From the NCBI GenBank assembly GCA_018398765.1, contig JAHBMJ010000079.1, positions 62,001-126,000 of the forward strand: 64,000 nucleotides of DNA, written 5' to 3'. A program made the translations under genes and the position numbers. This document shows, piece after piece, positions 1-11,201 of this stretch. Within the stretch, counting starts at the first letter, position 1; each line of letters opens with the position of its first letter. The notes beneath the pieces are model-generated. The model was given only the letters and a program-made list of their open reading frames with translations. It did not search any database and was not told the origin of the DNA. Source of the stretch: Chromera velia. Lineage: Eukaryota.

Positions 1-49
1 TCAGTTATCGAAATTAAAGATACTTGCCGATGCTACCAAGCGAGCTCCT

Positions 50-3000
50 GTGAAAGCGTCCGGAGATACTAATGAAGCGCACCTCACTAAGATGAGGAAG
101 TGGGCGACTGAGACTTACGTGGATGTCATTGAGAGCATTGACAAGAAGATTAATGGAGACCGAGAATATGAGCTTCTAGCTGATGCCCTCTGGTTTCTTT
201 TTGTCTTTGCGTCAAAGAACTCTTTGTCTCTTTGCGAGTCGATGAACGCCTTCTCTGCTATCAATGATGTCGCTTCTTCGGACAGGGTAGGCCTAAAGTT
301 TTCTGACAGACTTCTTGGCATCCGCTTCTGGAAGTGTGTTCCTGATAACATTCGGAAGCTTGCTGCATCTTAGGGCACCAAACAGGTAGACGGGAAGGAT
401 AGGCTGGTGAGATCCTCTTTCACCTTCCAGAAAGAGTTCATTGCAGACATTCTGGGTAGGTTCGATTCAGTGGATCGGATCAACCGAAACGTTTGGATTC
501 CCTCTGTAACCTTCGGTGTGCTCTCTGTCTCCAACGGGACCACCACAAAGACCTTCACCGTGCCGACCTCCCCCAATATCTCCATGCTCAACGGACTGGA
601 GGCAGCCATTATGGAGATGGTCTGTCTGCTCGACACTACCCAGTTGAACCTCCATCAGGTGTTGGAAGAGACCGTCTACAAGTTGAAGAACTTTTCCAAG
701 AAGTACAGGGGATGGCAGATCAACAAGGACAAGAAGAAGGGAAGGTATTGGGTAGGATTCCAAGGAGACCGTCAGAGGGGCGGGGGGCAGATGAGCTCCT
801 CTTCTTCCTCTGATGGCTCTGGTTTTCAGCAGCGAAAGGGGGGAAGTCTTTCTCTTCTGCTCGCTTTGCTGAGGCTGTTGCGGATACCTACCTGAAGATG
901 ACTGGGGGGAAGGAGAACAAGAAGGGCAAAAAGAAGAAGCACTCACAGCAGCGTGTCCGACGTGCACATACAGGAGATAGAGATACTGAGGATGACGAAA
1001 AAGAGGAGGACGAGGACGGGACTGTTGAGGATTTGCAGGCTGCTGACTTCGACAAAGAGCAGTTCATCGCCAGGTTCTCTCACTACATCGAACTCGGTGA
1101 GAGAGACTCAAATAGGTTCAATACCTTTTACGAACGCGCATGGATGGCCTTCGTTCTCTCCAAGGATTCTGGAGAGGAGGTTATTTTCCGCCTGAACACT
1201 GATAACGGCATCAAGCTCTACATGGACACTGAGTGTTCCTTCTCTCTCTTTCCTCTCTCAGAGGTTTCTGAGTGTATTGTGTACCGATGGCCTCATCGGT
1301 CCGTGTACACGGAGGCCTTTGGGGTAAGAGAAGGGAGAGGCGTGATCTGCAACGAGAGAGCGATCATCAAGGTTTGGATTTCACTGGCTGTGGGTCACTA
1401 GGTGGGTCATGAGTCTATAGTTCGTCTCGTCGGGAATCTCATTGACCACCCTGGGGCCAAATACGTGCTCTTGTCGACTCCACAGATCTGTCGTTTGTCT
1501 GGGTATACGGCAATTGTGACTTCCAACAGAGACATCGTGAAGGCCAAGCTCATGAGCGCTTCTCTGAGCGCAGACTTTCCTTTCACGACTTTCGTTCTTG
1601 CGCAAAAGGTCAGTGGGTTCTGAATAGAACTGAGGGGACTTCGAGTGCCGTAACTTTTATGCTTTCTCTAAATGCTAAGTCAGCCGATTTGTGAATACCC
1701 TTTGAACCACAATGGAGCCAGCAATGGGTGGTGGGATGAATATATGTAAGGGCTGGAGCGAATCAAGAAAGGCAGAACTTCGTCTGAATAGAATTACCGC
1801 TGCATTCACTTTGTTTTTTTGGACTCTCTCTTCTCACATTCATACAGGTCCCTTCTCGCATCGATCGTGCTGCTGCTGCGTGTACACGTCAAGGCCCGGA
1901 CACCTCTGGTCCATTTCTACTTGATGCAACTCATGTGCCTGTGTCTGTACGAAACTCTATCCTCATGCAGCATTACAGACACATCCATCCCTCTCTTTCT
2001 CATTTGATCGAGACATGGAAGGAGCAGGGCAACACTTAGTTTCTTTCTATTCCAAAAAGAAAGCTTCTTTCTGTTCTTCCCTGGTGCGTCTCGTGTGATC
2101 GAGTTCATGCTGTAAACAAGTCTTTCCGCTCTCGTGATCCTTCCGATCCCGAGTCTTCCTTTCCTTGTTCCTTTTTAGAAGAAGGATGGACGGATCTGAT
2201 CATGTTTCTCTCAGATTTGGACCCTATATATAGTTTGACTCCATATGGCAGGTTGACTTTCTTTACTCTTATCGATCTCCATTCGGGGGCCGTGCAGTGC
2301 CGTCCATCTCCTTTTCGGGCAGGCAAGGACTTGCTTCCCTTCGTAAATGAGTGGAATCTTACTCACGGTGCCTTCAAGCTTCTTCGCTGTAACAACGAAA
2401 AGGGCATTGTTGAGGGAGATGTCCGTGCGGTTCTTGATTGCGTGGGCATGGTCATTTATCCGTTTGCTTCTCACTCTTCTCGCGGTCCAATAAAGAAGTG
2501 GTGAATAGTTTTGCGTTCTAGTATGGCTTCTCTTGTTGCAACTTGGGGTCTTCCTTTGCGTTTTGTTCCTCTTCTCTGCCTTTGTGTTGAATGGGCATAT
2601 AACTGCACTGCTACCTACCGGAAGGCATCTCCTTTACGCCTCTTAATGGGTAAAGTGCCAGACATTTCTCTCATGTCCGGTGACCCTGTCGTATTTTCTC
2701 CCACTGAACGAGTTAAGTCCATCCGTCCTCACGGTCATTTTAGTATTTTTACTTTTGCTGTTTCTTGTTCTGAATCTGTTGTGTTTGAGTGGTGCACCGT
2801 TCACTTTCGTTAGTTGAGTGCCGTCAAGATGAACACCAAAGACATTAAGCATGCAAGTCCTAGTATGTTTACACAGTCAGGGCTGTGGTCGTTTGTTGTC
2901 TCACACATGCGCGGCTCTATGCATCTGTCTATTCAAGGTCCTTCCAAGAGAGTCGTTCATGCGTTTCCTAAAGTTGAGGCGACTCACATAGCACAGAGCG

Positions 3001-5345
3001 GGGGGGCTGTATTGGGGGGGGGGGATTCACCTGTTGTTCCTTTTCTCTCTTCTTCTAACTCTTCTCATTCCTGTGCACTGGTCTCAGTGAATGGTATGCT
3101 TCATCCCGTTTGTTGTTTTTCTTGTACACCTGCTGGCTTTGTGTCTGTGTCCCTCATTTATCATTTGGGAGGGGAGGTCACAGGATACCAGTTGGGACTA
3201 CCAGATGCACAGAACTCGCAAAAAGTGCATTCTGATCGATTGACAAATCTTTTTGATTTAGAGAAGGAGAGAAACAAAAAAAAGATTCCTCAGGCTATCA
3301 TTCATGTGATAGATCCTCCTGCAGCTCCTGCTAGTTAGCTGGCTAAGGTTGCAGAAGAATCCGACCTTGCCTCTCTCTTCATGGATCTCTTTTGTCCTGA
3401 TGAGTCAGACGAGGAAGGACCTGCCGAGGCACAAAGAGTGGAACTTTCTCTCTTTTTTCTTTCTTCTGTTTCTTTTTCCTCTTCTTCCTCTTCCTCTTCT
3501 TCTTTTTCTTCTTCTTTGTCTTCTCCTCACTGCCGACGTCAGCATGACTTTTTCTCCTGCGATGAAGAAAGCATGTGTTCTGCTCGTCTCATCTCTTTTC
3601 CTTGCTTTGGTCACTCTTTTGAGATAGCTGCGAAAGCAAAGCAGACAGTCGATAGAAAGATTGCTTGTCTTGAGAGAGATGGTCCTGAGGAGGGAGGCAA
3701 GATACATGTTGATACAACTATGGGGGAGGTGCGTGAAGAAAAATTCAACGAAGCAGGGGACAGGGAGATCGGAAAGTGGAAACGATTTTCTGCATATGGG
3801 AAAGAAGTAAAGAAAGACAGTCACGCATACAATCTCTTGACAATCATTCCGCTGATTTGGGTGATGACATCGAAGTTTGTGAAAGGAGCTACATAAAAAG
3901 CAAAAGCTCGTCTCTGCTTGGCTGGCAACAAGTTTTTTGATCGCCGGACAGTCGAAACTTATGCAAGGACACCAGCCGTTTTTTTGATTCGTATTCTTTT
4001 TGTTTTTGCTTTAACAATGGGCTGGCACATTGCTTTTGCAGACATCACTTGTGCATTTCTCCAAGCTCGCCTTCTATCCAGCATCGGACGGATCGGTATC
4101 AAGATGCCTGCATGGTTGCCTAGATGGTTGCCTCCTGCTGCTCTTCGTTTGGGACTGAAAGCAGGTGCTGTTTACCTCCTGCAGGCAGCTACCTACGGTC
4201 TGAAAGACGCTCCTCTGATTTTTGCTCGTTTCTTTTGCTGTGTTCTGATTCGACTAGGTTGGGGGGAATTGATGGAAAGCACTTTTGCTCTTGTTCGACC
4301 TTCTTATTCTCTGCTTCATCCTGCAACTGCTGATGATTCATCCATCATAAAAGTAAAGCACATGCCATGCGATGGTCTTCTTTCAAAGCATATCGATGAC
4401 GTTGCGCTTGCTTCACCTAACCCTCTCGCTGCTTTCAGACAAATTGCCGGAAAAGGGCCAATCGAAATGGATAAAGCACAGTTATTAAAGGATATACCTC
4501 AAAAACATGTGGGATTTGATATCAGACGTTCTGATAATCGAGTTTATCAGGGAATGAATGGTTATGTCTCTCTCTCTTCTCTTCTAAGGGGCAAGCCAAG
4601 CAGGGTAGTGGTAGACAGTGATTTCTCTCCTCCTGAGCCTCCTGAGCCTGATAAGATTAACATGTCGTTGGAAGAGGAGTATCTGAAATGGATCAATTGT
4701 CTTGTCTGGCTTGCCAGACTGCGTTTTAATCTTATTTTTACTGCTAGTGAGTTGGCCTCTTTCAGTAAGACTCCGACTAAGCGTCACCTTGCTGTCATTA
4801 TCACGCTGATTCACATGTATACAGCGTCTCCAAAAGAACTCATCTTTGTTGCCGTGTACGACCCTGAATTGCGGGTGTTTGTGGACAGTGGCTTCAGAGA
4901 AAAGACATGCTCTACTCGTTCTGCTGTGATCATTCAACTCGCTGATCGGTCTTGGTCTTTGCGGTGTTGGTTGAACATTTTGGATTGGTCCACACACAAG
5001 GAAAAGCGCCTAGTCTTATCAGCTCCGGGTGGAGAGCTTCTTACGATCCGTGCTAGTCTGAAGAGACTTCCGATGCTTGTGCATTCTCTTCGGATTCTTT
5101 TTTCCTCTCTGCATGTTCGTTTGTTTTCAGACAGTGCAACTTCTCTTGGACAGACAGAAGCAGGTGTGAGTAAGAAAGAGCAAGGTCAAATTTTGAAGTG
5201 GTGTATTCAAAAATTGAATGGAATGAACGTTGCAACCAAGCATGTGTCTGGAGAGAGTGAGCAGCTTGCTGACGGTTTGACAAAATGGAAAAAGCTTGAC
5301 GTGATATGGCCAAAGGATTTTGTGGTGAATGGACAACCCCGTTGA
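50..5345 (+). pseudogene. gag-pol polyprotein of the copia element, disrupted by in-frame stops and frameshifts
   Basis: ORFs 2202-2504, 2511-2813, 2814-3338, 3381-3896 and 3918-5345 share one frame and are separated by single stops. 50-373/407-895 and 898-1401/1402-1623 behave the same way. There is a frame change near the G-run at ~838-843. Confidence 0.85.
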
Positions 5346-5420
5346 GCCTTCGTAGTTAGATTAGTTAGTTAGAGCATACAGCTGTTCTTTAGTCTGTCGA
5401 CTCCTCTTCAATGAGTCACC

Positions 5421-5432
5421 AGAAGGGGGGAG
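5421..5432 (+). other. Polypurine tract (PPT) of the + strand copia element
   Basis: AGAAGGGGGGAG lies about 75 bp after the pol stop and immediately before T-TGAAG. Confidence 0.8.
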
Positions 5433-5433
5433 T

Positions 5434-5608
5434 TGAAGATCGGGGTACTGCCGCCATGCCGCGGGGTGCCGCCGCGCCGTGCAGATCGAAGTTTGTGTCC
5501 CGTCCAGTCTAGTTTGGTCTACTGGCTCCCTTCCGTCCCGTACAGTCTAATGCAATATATTACTGGCAGTGCTAGGTGAGACAATAAGTTTAGTCAGTCA
5601 GTACATCA
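5434..5608 (+). repeat. Putative 3' LTR (~175 bp)
   Basis: Starts TGAAG right after the PPT, contains an AT-rich AATATATTA and an AATAAG, and ends CATCA (imperfect terminal inverted repeat). The partner LTR is outside the window, so the right end is inferred. Confidence 0.6.
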
Positions 5609-5725
5609 GTCCGCTACCTACAGGAGGGTAAGTCTGACAGTCCACCATTCCCACTCCTAGTACTTCTGATTGTTTCTTTCCGATCCAAGTCTCTTTCATT
5701 TATTTTTCTGCATACATGTGAAGAA

Positions 5726-5875
5726 TTACTTTTTGAGCTCAATTGCACGTTTTGCATTTTGCTTCCAGTCGCTCGCATTCGTGCACGGTCACACACTTCC
5801 TGACCGGGTCTGACTTTACTGCACACGGCGGCGGGATATTTCAAGATCGGCGCCGCAAGGGCCGAACTTCGGACA
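5726..5875 (-). repeat. LTR-like direct repeat, copy 1 (3' LTR)
   Basis: TTACTTTTTGAGCTC...GAACTTCGGACA matches 8509-8658 with only a few substitutions. Confidence 0.85.
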
Positions 5876-6399
5876 TTCCCCCTATCCCGTCGACTCGCAT
5901 TAAATTTCTTTTTTCTTCCAGACTGTCTCTCAATCAATCGATCGGGATTTTACTTCTGTCAGTCAGTGGTTCGATTGGTCGGTCAGTCAGTCAGTTATTC
6001 TATTTGCTTGCTTGCCGGTCAGTCAATCCTTCAGTTAGTCAATTCTTTAGTCAGTCAATCAGTCACTCGGTCAGTCAGTCAGTCAGTCAGTCAGTCAGTC
6101 AGTCAGTCCTTTAATCTTTCACTCTGGTAGTCGTTTTCGGTCCTGCACTCACTTCATTCGTTCACTCATTTCATTCCTTCACTCTGTCAGTCCTTCAATT
6201 AGTTTTCTTCCTTCTATTCTTTCCTTCATATGGTTAGTCAGTCAGTCATTCAGTCAGTTGATCCTCCTTTTTTCTTTCTTATCTCTTCAAGCTTCCTTTC
6301 AAGACTTCCACTTTCTGAGTGGGCCCCCTCTTCCAGTTTTGTTCTATCAATTTGCTTGATTTTTTCTTGGCATATCTTTCGTTCTCTTCTCTTTTTCTA

Positions 6400-6430
<31 letters not shown>

Positions 6431-7950
6431 TTCTTTCTTTCTGTCTGTCTTTCTTTCTGTCTGTCTTTCTTTCTTTCTTTTTTTCCTTTCTTTCTTTCTT
6501 TTCTCACTTCTGTCTCTCTGTCACCTGCGAGAGCACCGAGTAGCTGCCAGCGTTCTCGTTCCTCCTTGCTTGAGTAGGTGACTTCCACGCCTTCGTTTTT
6601 CCCCCTTTTTTTTTTCTTCCAGCTCTGCTTTCTTTCTTTTTTCTTTTTCAGTCTCTTTTGACCTCTTTTTTTTTGTTTTCTCTCATGTTCAGAGATTCAG
6701 TTCTCCCCATCGCTTCCCGTGTCCGTAATTCAGAACTCATCGGGTTATGAAGCTTGACTGTGGCTTTGCAGTGACTGTTCAACCTGCCTCCGTCAGGTTG
6801 GCGTTGCCATCACTCCCCCTCCGGGTCCTGCTCATATTCATTTCTTCTCGGGGTTGCTGTCTCTCCATGTTGACTTTGTATGCGAGATTGCCTACCTGTG
6901 TGCTTCTGGTTGTGCTTGTTTTTCCTTTTTATCTCTTTCCCCTCTTTCGTTTTTTTCACATTTGCTTCCTGGCTCTTTTCTTTCCCCGTGTGATTGCCTT
7001 ACTTATCCTATCTATGAGTATGTGTTTTCGCCTTCGGATTTCGCTCTTTCCTCTTTTTTTTTTTCATTTCTTCCTCCTTGCTCATTTGTGTCTTCTTTTC
7101 ATTTGTTTTATTGTTTTTTTCCTTCATCTTTTTCTTTTTATCCCTCTTCTTGTTCTATTATTTTTTTTTATTTTTTTTTCTCTTCGTTTTCTCTTCCGCC
7201 TCTTGCTCTCTTTCTTTCTTTTCTTTCTCCTCTTCGGCCTTTCCCTCCCTTTTCTTCTTCTTCTTCTTCTCTTTTTTTTTTTTTTCTTTCGTTAACATCT
7301 TCCGATATCTGAGGCTTTCCCTCTGGTTGTCTGACTAATCTCTTTCTTTTTTTTTTCATTTTATATCTGCAGATGTTCGAGGCACTTCCTCTTGTTGATT
7401 GACTAGTCTGACTTTCCTTCTTTCGTTGCCTTATCCCTTCCTTCCCTTGTCTTTCGGAGCTGCTTGTCGCTCTTCTCAAATTCATTCCCCATCCTGTTCC
7501 CCTTATCTCCCGCTTCCTTGTCTCTTGATCCCCCAGTTTGTAGAGTAGAAACATTCATTCAGGCGTGTCGTTCAGTAACAAACAAGAAGGGGATCAAGTG
7601 ACTTCCATTTGACTCTGAGCATGGATACCGTTTGATTCATCAATCTTTTCCGTTCACACGCAGACTGAGATGGGATAGAGATTGAGAGAGATAAGAGAAT
7701 GGACGAAAAAAGGCTTCAGAGGAGGGAGAGAGATGGATTTTGAGTGAGACGCAGTCGCACGTTCAGGTGGAGTCGAGATGCACGCCGTCACTTCCGTACA
7801 TGTCGGAGGAGAGAGGTACAGAGGAGAGTTAGAGCAGTGGTCCAGTGTTCAGCAGCAGCTGCATGTTGCCTCCATTTGTTCAGATTCCTTTCTCAATGCA
7901 ACGTATCCCTTATCCCCATTCTTTTCTCCCTTCTTTCCCATTCCCCCTTC

Positions 7951-8463
7951 TTACCACCAAATCGGTTTGGTCAGCCAGTCGGCTCGGTTCAACTCACGAG
8001 GTGTCCACACGACGTCCCTCAACATGTCCACCCCTATCCTTCTCATCCCCTGGATCACATAGTCGAGCTCTTTCTGCAACTCTGGCTTAGCTGTGCACTT
8101 GCTGGACCGCAGGCTGTCATAGACACCTTTCGAGTCCAGATAGAAACGGACCCTTGGGAATTTGCCCGTCAATTCGTCTATGAGGTAGCATGGTCGCCAC
8201 GCTTCCCTCACTGTCTGTTTGAGGGCTTCCATCTCTGCTGAGTACGGGTGGTCATGGAGTTTTGTTGACCTTGCTGTCTTGAACAGCACTGAGTTCCATT
8301 CGTCCCCCTTCTCGTGGCTCCACGTTTTGTCCCCCCAAAACCCTATAGTCCCCTTCCTGACTTTTTTCGTCTTCGGCTTCCTAGAGGCATCCGAATAGAA
8401 ATGGATTGCTCTGCCTTCTGGGAAGAGAGGGCGGATTTCGATTCTCTCCTTCTCCTGCTGCAT
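7951..8463 (-). pseudogene. Copia-type RNase H domain fragment
   Basis: Motifs FYSDAS, YSAEMEAL, FYLDSKG and NRADWLTK give the D-E-D-D set and the copia 'ADxLTK' signature. No RT is present upstream. Confidence 0.85.
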
Positions 8464-8508
8464 TCTGGAGATGACGAGGCCTGCGTTTCGCAGGTGTCTG
8501 CATGTGGG

Positions 8509-8658
8509 TTACTTTTTGAGCTCAATTGCACGTTTTGCATTTTGCTCCCAGTCGCTCGCATTCGCGCACGGTCACACACTTCCTGACCGGGTCTGACTTT
8601 ACTGCACACGGCGGCGGGATATTCCAAGATCGGCGCCGCAAGGGCCGAACTTCGGACA
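8509..8658 (-). repeat. LTR-like direct repeat, copy 2 (5' LTR)
   Basis: Direct repeat of 5726-5875. Confidence 0.85.
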
Positions 8659-10141
8659 GCGCCGCGCTGCGCTTTAGGCCGGACTGGGGCCTCTCATGCG
8701 CATCTTATGCGCGGAACGATTATTCGCCGCGGGTCGAATAATCGCGCGGGTTGATCCATGCATGTACGCATTTCGAGCGATTCATTTTCCATGCGATTGA
8801 GTTTTCACAGGATTCATTTGATTCATCTGTTCTGTGTGATTGACTGAGGACTGACACTTCTTCTGATCATGATTTCTGCCCATTACTGAGCTACTTAGTT
8901 TATTCTACATCGCCAGACTAAGACTAAGACTGTACGAAAGTCTCGGTAGAGGTCTCCCCGCAGGATAGGCCGCAGGGTGCTCCGTCCAAAGATGATAACA
9001 AAGAAGAGAAAGACTTGACAGAGAGGACAAATTTGATTGAGAACTGACACAGCTATTAAACTGCGAATGAAGCGATTCGACCAGCGTTCGTTGAGTTGGT
9101 TAACTCATAAATCAGTGCATGGACTCGATGAGGACATGCCCCGGAATTAAATGAGATCGAATGAATTCGTACGTCAACCATGGCGAAAAAGTGAATCGAC
9201 TCACAGACCTATCTCATCAAAATCTTCTATTGTGGGAAGAACGGCTAACAGATGGGGCAACTGAGGGAAGAGAGCACACAAGCTGCGTGACAGAGAGACG
9301 ACTTCCCAACTTCTTAATTCATCCATTCTTCTCCCACAGAAAAAAAAGGATCTGCAGGGCACCTCCGTGCCGTCCTTGCTCTTTCCGGTGTTTGTTCCAT
9401 GCACTTTCATTTCTTTATCAGTGTCTTCACCAGCATCCTGCACTTCATTTTTGGTCGCTTGAATCCTCGGTTACGGCGTCACTCCGTCTGCGCTACTGCG
9501 CAGGAAACGCTTACTAAACGCGAACCAAAGTCTGTCAGATTCTCTCTCGATTTTTTTTTTCTTTGTGCATCTCCATCTCATCCATTGAGTTTCCCTCAAT
9601 TTTCTGTTAAACAATAAAAGTACATCTAAGAAACCCTACATGCACTCAGACCAATAGATGAAGATGAGCGGAGCTTCACCATCAGCCTTCATTCTCTGCA
9701 GAGAGAGAGATAAGTTATCTCCGCACTCACTCGCACAACCTCACGGTAGTCCAAAAAAACAGCCACAGAGCCAGCGACCCAGAGGCGAACAGACTATCAA
9801 TATATCAATAAAAACCTTTCACACCGATTACTATTTGATCTTGCGTCAGCAACCAGATTCCTTCCTCTTCACCACCGACAGACACAGAAAGAAAGCCAAT
9901 TAGGAAAGCCAAACCCTCCCGGGCCTGCCTTGGAAGTCGATCAGCAGGCTGTCATCACATGAAGTGTGACCAAGAATCTCTCTCTCTCTCTCTCTCTCCT
10001 CTTATCCTCTTGCTCAGCACGAAAAACAAATCCCTCCCTCCCTCCCACCCCCTCCCCCTTCCCCATGCACAGCAACGCAGTCTACCTGCCTGCCAGTCTG
10101 CCAGTGAGTCGCTCGAAAAAAAAAGAGAAGCGATTCCCCCA

Positions 10142-10197
10142 TCAACCCATCAAGGGTTGAGTCCCCTCCGCAGTCTCCCTCCTCAATTTGTGATACT

Positions 10198-10237
<40 letters not shown>

Positions 10238-11013
10238 GCACGCACACAGACACATTCACACACACACACACACACGCACACGGACGAACGCTCATGTATA
10301 TGCACAAGCACCCCGACACACAGATCGATGGGGGTATCGGTCGGTCCACACATAGACAGGGACTGAAACAGTTGAATGAAGGTGACACGCGGAGTGAAGC
10401 CTTCTGGGGAGAGGCCGCAAAAAAGAAAGAAAGAAAGAAAGAAAGAAGACAGGTAGACATTGTCTGGTGGGAAAGCGAGGAAGGAGCCTCGCGGTTGAAC
10501 AACATGCATGAATAGAAACAAACAAACGAACAAAGGAAGGAACGCAATTCATTGATCGAACACCCAGCCGGACTTTCTTTTCTTTTCATTGATCGCACAA
10601 ACAAACGACCACCGAATGGTCGCTCAAAAACGAGAGGGAGAACGGCTTCCCGACGGACAAACGGACTGACCCTAGAGGCGAAGTACACTGCAGCTGCGGC
10701 CGCAGAGAGCAGCAACACGAGGGTCACCCAGAAAGAAACCTTCCAGTAGCTGCACAGCACAGACGTCAGAGGGAGACGAGAGATCGAAATACAGCCGGAG
10801 ACACCAGAGAAAGAGAAAAGAAGGGAGCGACAGATAGAACAGAAAGAAACTGAAGAAAAGGAGTTCTCGCCAAAACAAAAAACGACTTTAATGACGGATC
10901 CTTTCATTCATTCCTTCAGGCTCTCCAAGACCTCAAAAAACCGCGTCAAGACACGAACTTATGTCCAGAAGATTCGCAAAGAGGCGTCAGTGCGCACGGG
11001 AGGGTGTCCCGAG

Positions 11014-11044
<31 letters not shown>

Positions 11045-11167
11045 ACTGACTTGGGAGGTTGATCCCAGAAAAAGTAATTGACGTCAAAGAGCATCGACCC
11101 GGTAGTCCAGCCAGGCTCCTCCCCATTGAAGTCAGCTGAGATAATCCATGCAGGTGAATGAATTAAG

Positions 11168-11201
<34 letters not shown>

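Larger units (their letters stand above)
1..5608 (+). mobile_element. Decayed Ty1/copia LTR retrotransposon (5' part outside the window)
   Basis: Domain order is gag-like (50-895), protease-like (LYMDTECSFS, ~1220), integrase core (IDLHSG / LRCNNEKG / SRGPIKKW, 2200-2510), RT (KARL, ADITCAFLQA, TYGLKDAP, HIDD) and RNase H (FVDSGF, GELL, FSDS, QLADGLTK), ending at 5345. Integrase before RT defines copia. A PPT and a TG..CA LTR candidate follow. Confidence 0.9.
5726..8658 (-). mobile_element. Second, internally deleted copia-type LTR element
   Basis: Two near-identical 150-bp direct repeats both begin TGTCCGAAG on the - strand. The left copy is preceded on - by a PPT (GGGATAGGGGGAA, 5888-5876). 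A copia RNase H ORF lies between them. No TSD was found. Confidence 0.7.

Noticed and set aside
50..5345. Stop-codon reassignment or programmed readthrough to explain the in-frame stops in pol
   Set aside because: All three stop types occur, catalytic residues are also mutated, and long host ORFs (e.g. 61058-63217) contain no in-frame TAA/TAG. Decay is the simpler explanation.
6230..7338. Phe/Leu/Ser-rich 'membrane protein' ORFs
   Set aside because: Translation artefacts of T/C-rich low-complexity sequence, open in several frames.
8877..9000. Possible solo LTR on the - strand (TGTTAT...AATAAA...CA)
   Set aside because: No TSD and no second copy in the window.
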